Positions 62,372 through 64,000 of a stretch of 64,000 nt of DNA are shown here, in pieces. The DNA lies in assembly GCA_964106645.2 (NCBI GenBank), contig OZ067043.1; one strand, 5' to 3'. The number at the start of each line of letters is the position of its first letter. The first letter of the stretch is position 1. Both the position numbers and the translations under genes were made by a program. Under the pieces are notes generated by a model, which did not search any database, had not been told where the DNA came from, and saw nothing but the letters and a program-made list of their open reading frames with translations. Source of the DNA: Podarcis pityusensis. Lineage: Eukaryota.

Positions 62372-64000
62372 CAAACTGAACTAATGTTACAGCTATGAGT
62401 ATCCCATATATATTTTTCTTTGCACGATGTGAACCTGTATGCTTTATGCATTTCATAGACTTATCTATCAGTTCTTCAATAAATTGACAAAGTTAGGATG
62501 GGCGCACAGAGATCATTGACCCCACCCAGAAACATGGGCAACAGGAGGTCAGGTGAGCGCTGCCACCCTGCCCCACTGACCGTTACCAGATAAAAGGACA
62601 GCAGAAACTGGCATAAATGTAACTGTTTAACCACCCATTGGCACTGATCTAGGGCACTAGCCCTGAAATGTGTGTTAAAAACAACTACCTCTGAAGCAGC
62701 ATTTTTATGTACCAATGAAAGGAGAATACACCTGGGAAAGTGCAGCTGAACATCCATGTTGTTTTGGATTATTCCCATTGGTGCTTGGCTATCCAGCAGC
62801 TCAGAATAAAAAAAGAATATGCTTCTGCAGGGCCGGTACATATACCTTTGAGCTCCTAAACTAAATACTAAAGTTTCCCTCTTAGGAACCAGCCAGCTAA
62901 TGAGACCAGAGGGTGCCACAGTTGTGAGGCACTGACAAACAGATTCCATTTCAATTAGCATTTGATTCTCAGATGACAACTCATGAACAGAGAGGCTAGG
63001 GAATATGTGAGGCATAGATGTTCAAAAGAGACATAAGACAAAAAGGGAAATGAAGGATTCTTAAACTGCAAATTGAGTCATGAGGCAAATCTCGCCCATC
63101 ATTATTAATTATTATTATTTTGATAAGCGATTGAAAGGCTTTTGGGGAAGGGGAGAAAATCACAGAAAAAAAACTGTAATTAGACAAAATCACTAAAATC
63201 CTGAGGGAAAACCTCAGGAATTATGATAATTTAAGCAGTTAATTATTATATCAGATATAGCACAAATAGCTAAAGGGAGATGATCCCCAGTGAACAGAAA
63301 ATAACATCCAGGGGAAGTTTTATTCCCAATTGCTATTTCCACCCTAGGTTATGATATCACTGGTGATGTCCATGATCAGTGCTGAGCTAACAGTTTTATG
63401 GCTCCAATTTGTGGGTGGGGAGAGGCTGCAGTGGCAACCATTTCTTGGAAAAAGTCTTTTTCAAAAAGGAATTCAGTAAGCATATCCTAAATATGAGAAT
63501 TTGTTTGAAAATGGATGCTAAATGTTTTTATTTCTGCAGGCCAGAGATCATAATTAAAAACATACTTTATCAGTAGAAACACCAAAGTGAAAATATTATA
63601 TTCTTCTTTCCAATTCTTTATTATACTTCTCTTCTTTCTGAAAGCTCAGAGCTGCTAATATGTGGTTCCCAAAAGTCTCCCATTGAGGTATTGATGAGGT
63701 CCATAATTCTTTTTCCCGTGCTATAGGATTTGGTATTCCTTGCCCATTCACCTGAGTAAGATAATCATGAACACAAACAATATACATTTTACTGCTCCAA
63801 TAGTATTTCTCTAGGTTTGCACCACAGTGTAACAGAGATGTACTCAATGGTTCAAAATGTGAATTTTTTATCAAGAAGAAAAGAGTAGATTGGGTGAGCA
63901 TTTTTGACAGTTCAAAAGCACTGGAGGTTTGTTTGTTTTTTTCAGTGGGCTTTTAATTTGTTTTCACAGCGGTTTGAACAAATTGAATTTGTTAATTAAA

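Larger units (their letters stand above)
17743..64000 (-). other. AGBL4: AGBL4 intron upstream of the 40-nt exon (at least 46 kb, continues beyond the window)
   Basis: Inferred from the acceptor at 17743-17745. The preceding exon (..DYF.REQLGQSV) was not seen. AGBL4 is known for very large introns. Confidence 0.65.

Noticed and set aside
62476-63015. Longest ORF in the track (179 aa, minus strand)
   Set aside because: No recognisable domain, no supporting splice structure, and it overlaps a decayed MITE-like stretch; consistent with a chance ORF.

Overview
Vertebrate nuclear DNA, not prokaryotic. It is AT-rich and full of repeats typical of squamate reptiles, most likely a lacertid lizard (Sauria SINE, Squam3-type and tRNA/CR1-tail SINEs, RTE-BovB, L2, CR1, L1, Penelope-like, hAT and Tigger-type MITEs). 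The only host coding sequence I can support is one 40-nt exon on the minus strand (17703-17742, QQRQLDLLTITNP). It matches AGBL4/CCP6, the cytosolic carboxypeptidase that deglutamylates tubulin, so the rest of the window is most likely two very large AGBL4 introns. Almost all ORFs in the supplied track are chance ORFs or decayed transposon fragments. There is a 148-N assembly gap at 52565-52712. The most unusual items are: (1) an unclassified GC/CpG-rich ~360-bp insertion with nested inverted repeats and a perfect 22-bp flanking duplication (50420-50821); (2) next to it, a Tigger-type MITE carrying three TIR copies; (3) a perfect 35-bp palindrome from a collapsed Penelope-like insertion with an 11-bp TSD; (4) a fossil Charlie/Buster hAT transposase; (5) an unexplained insert inside an L1. 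I see no evidence for a complete new multi-gene system. The novelty candidates are small mobile or structured elements and putative regulatory blocks. Family names come from recognition of motifs, not from database searches.
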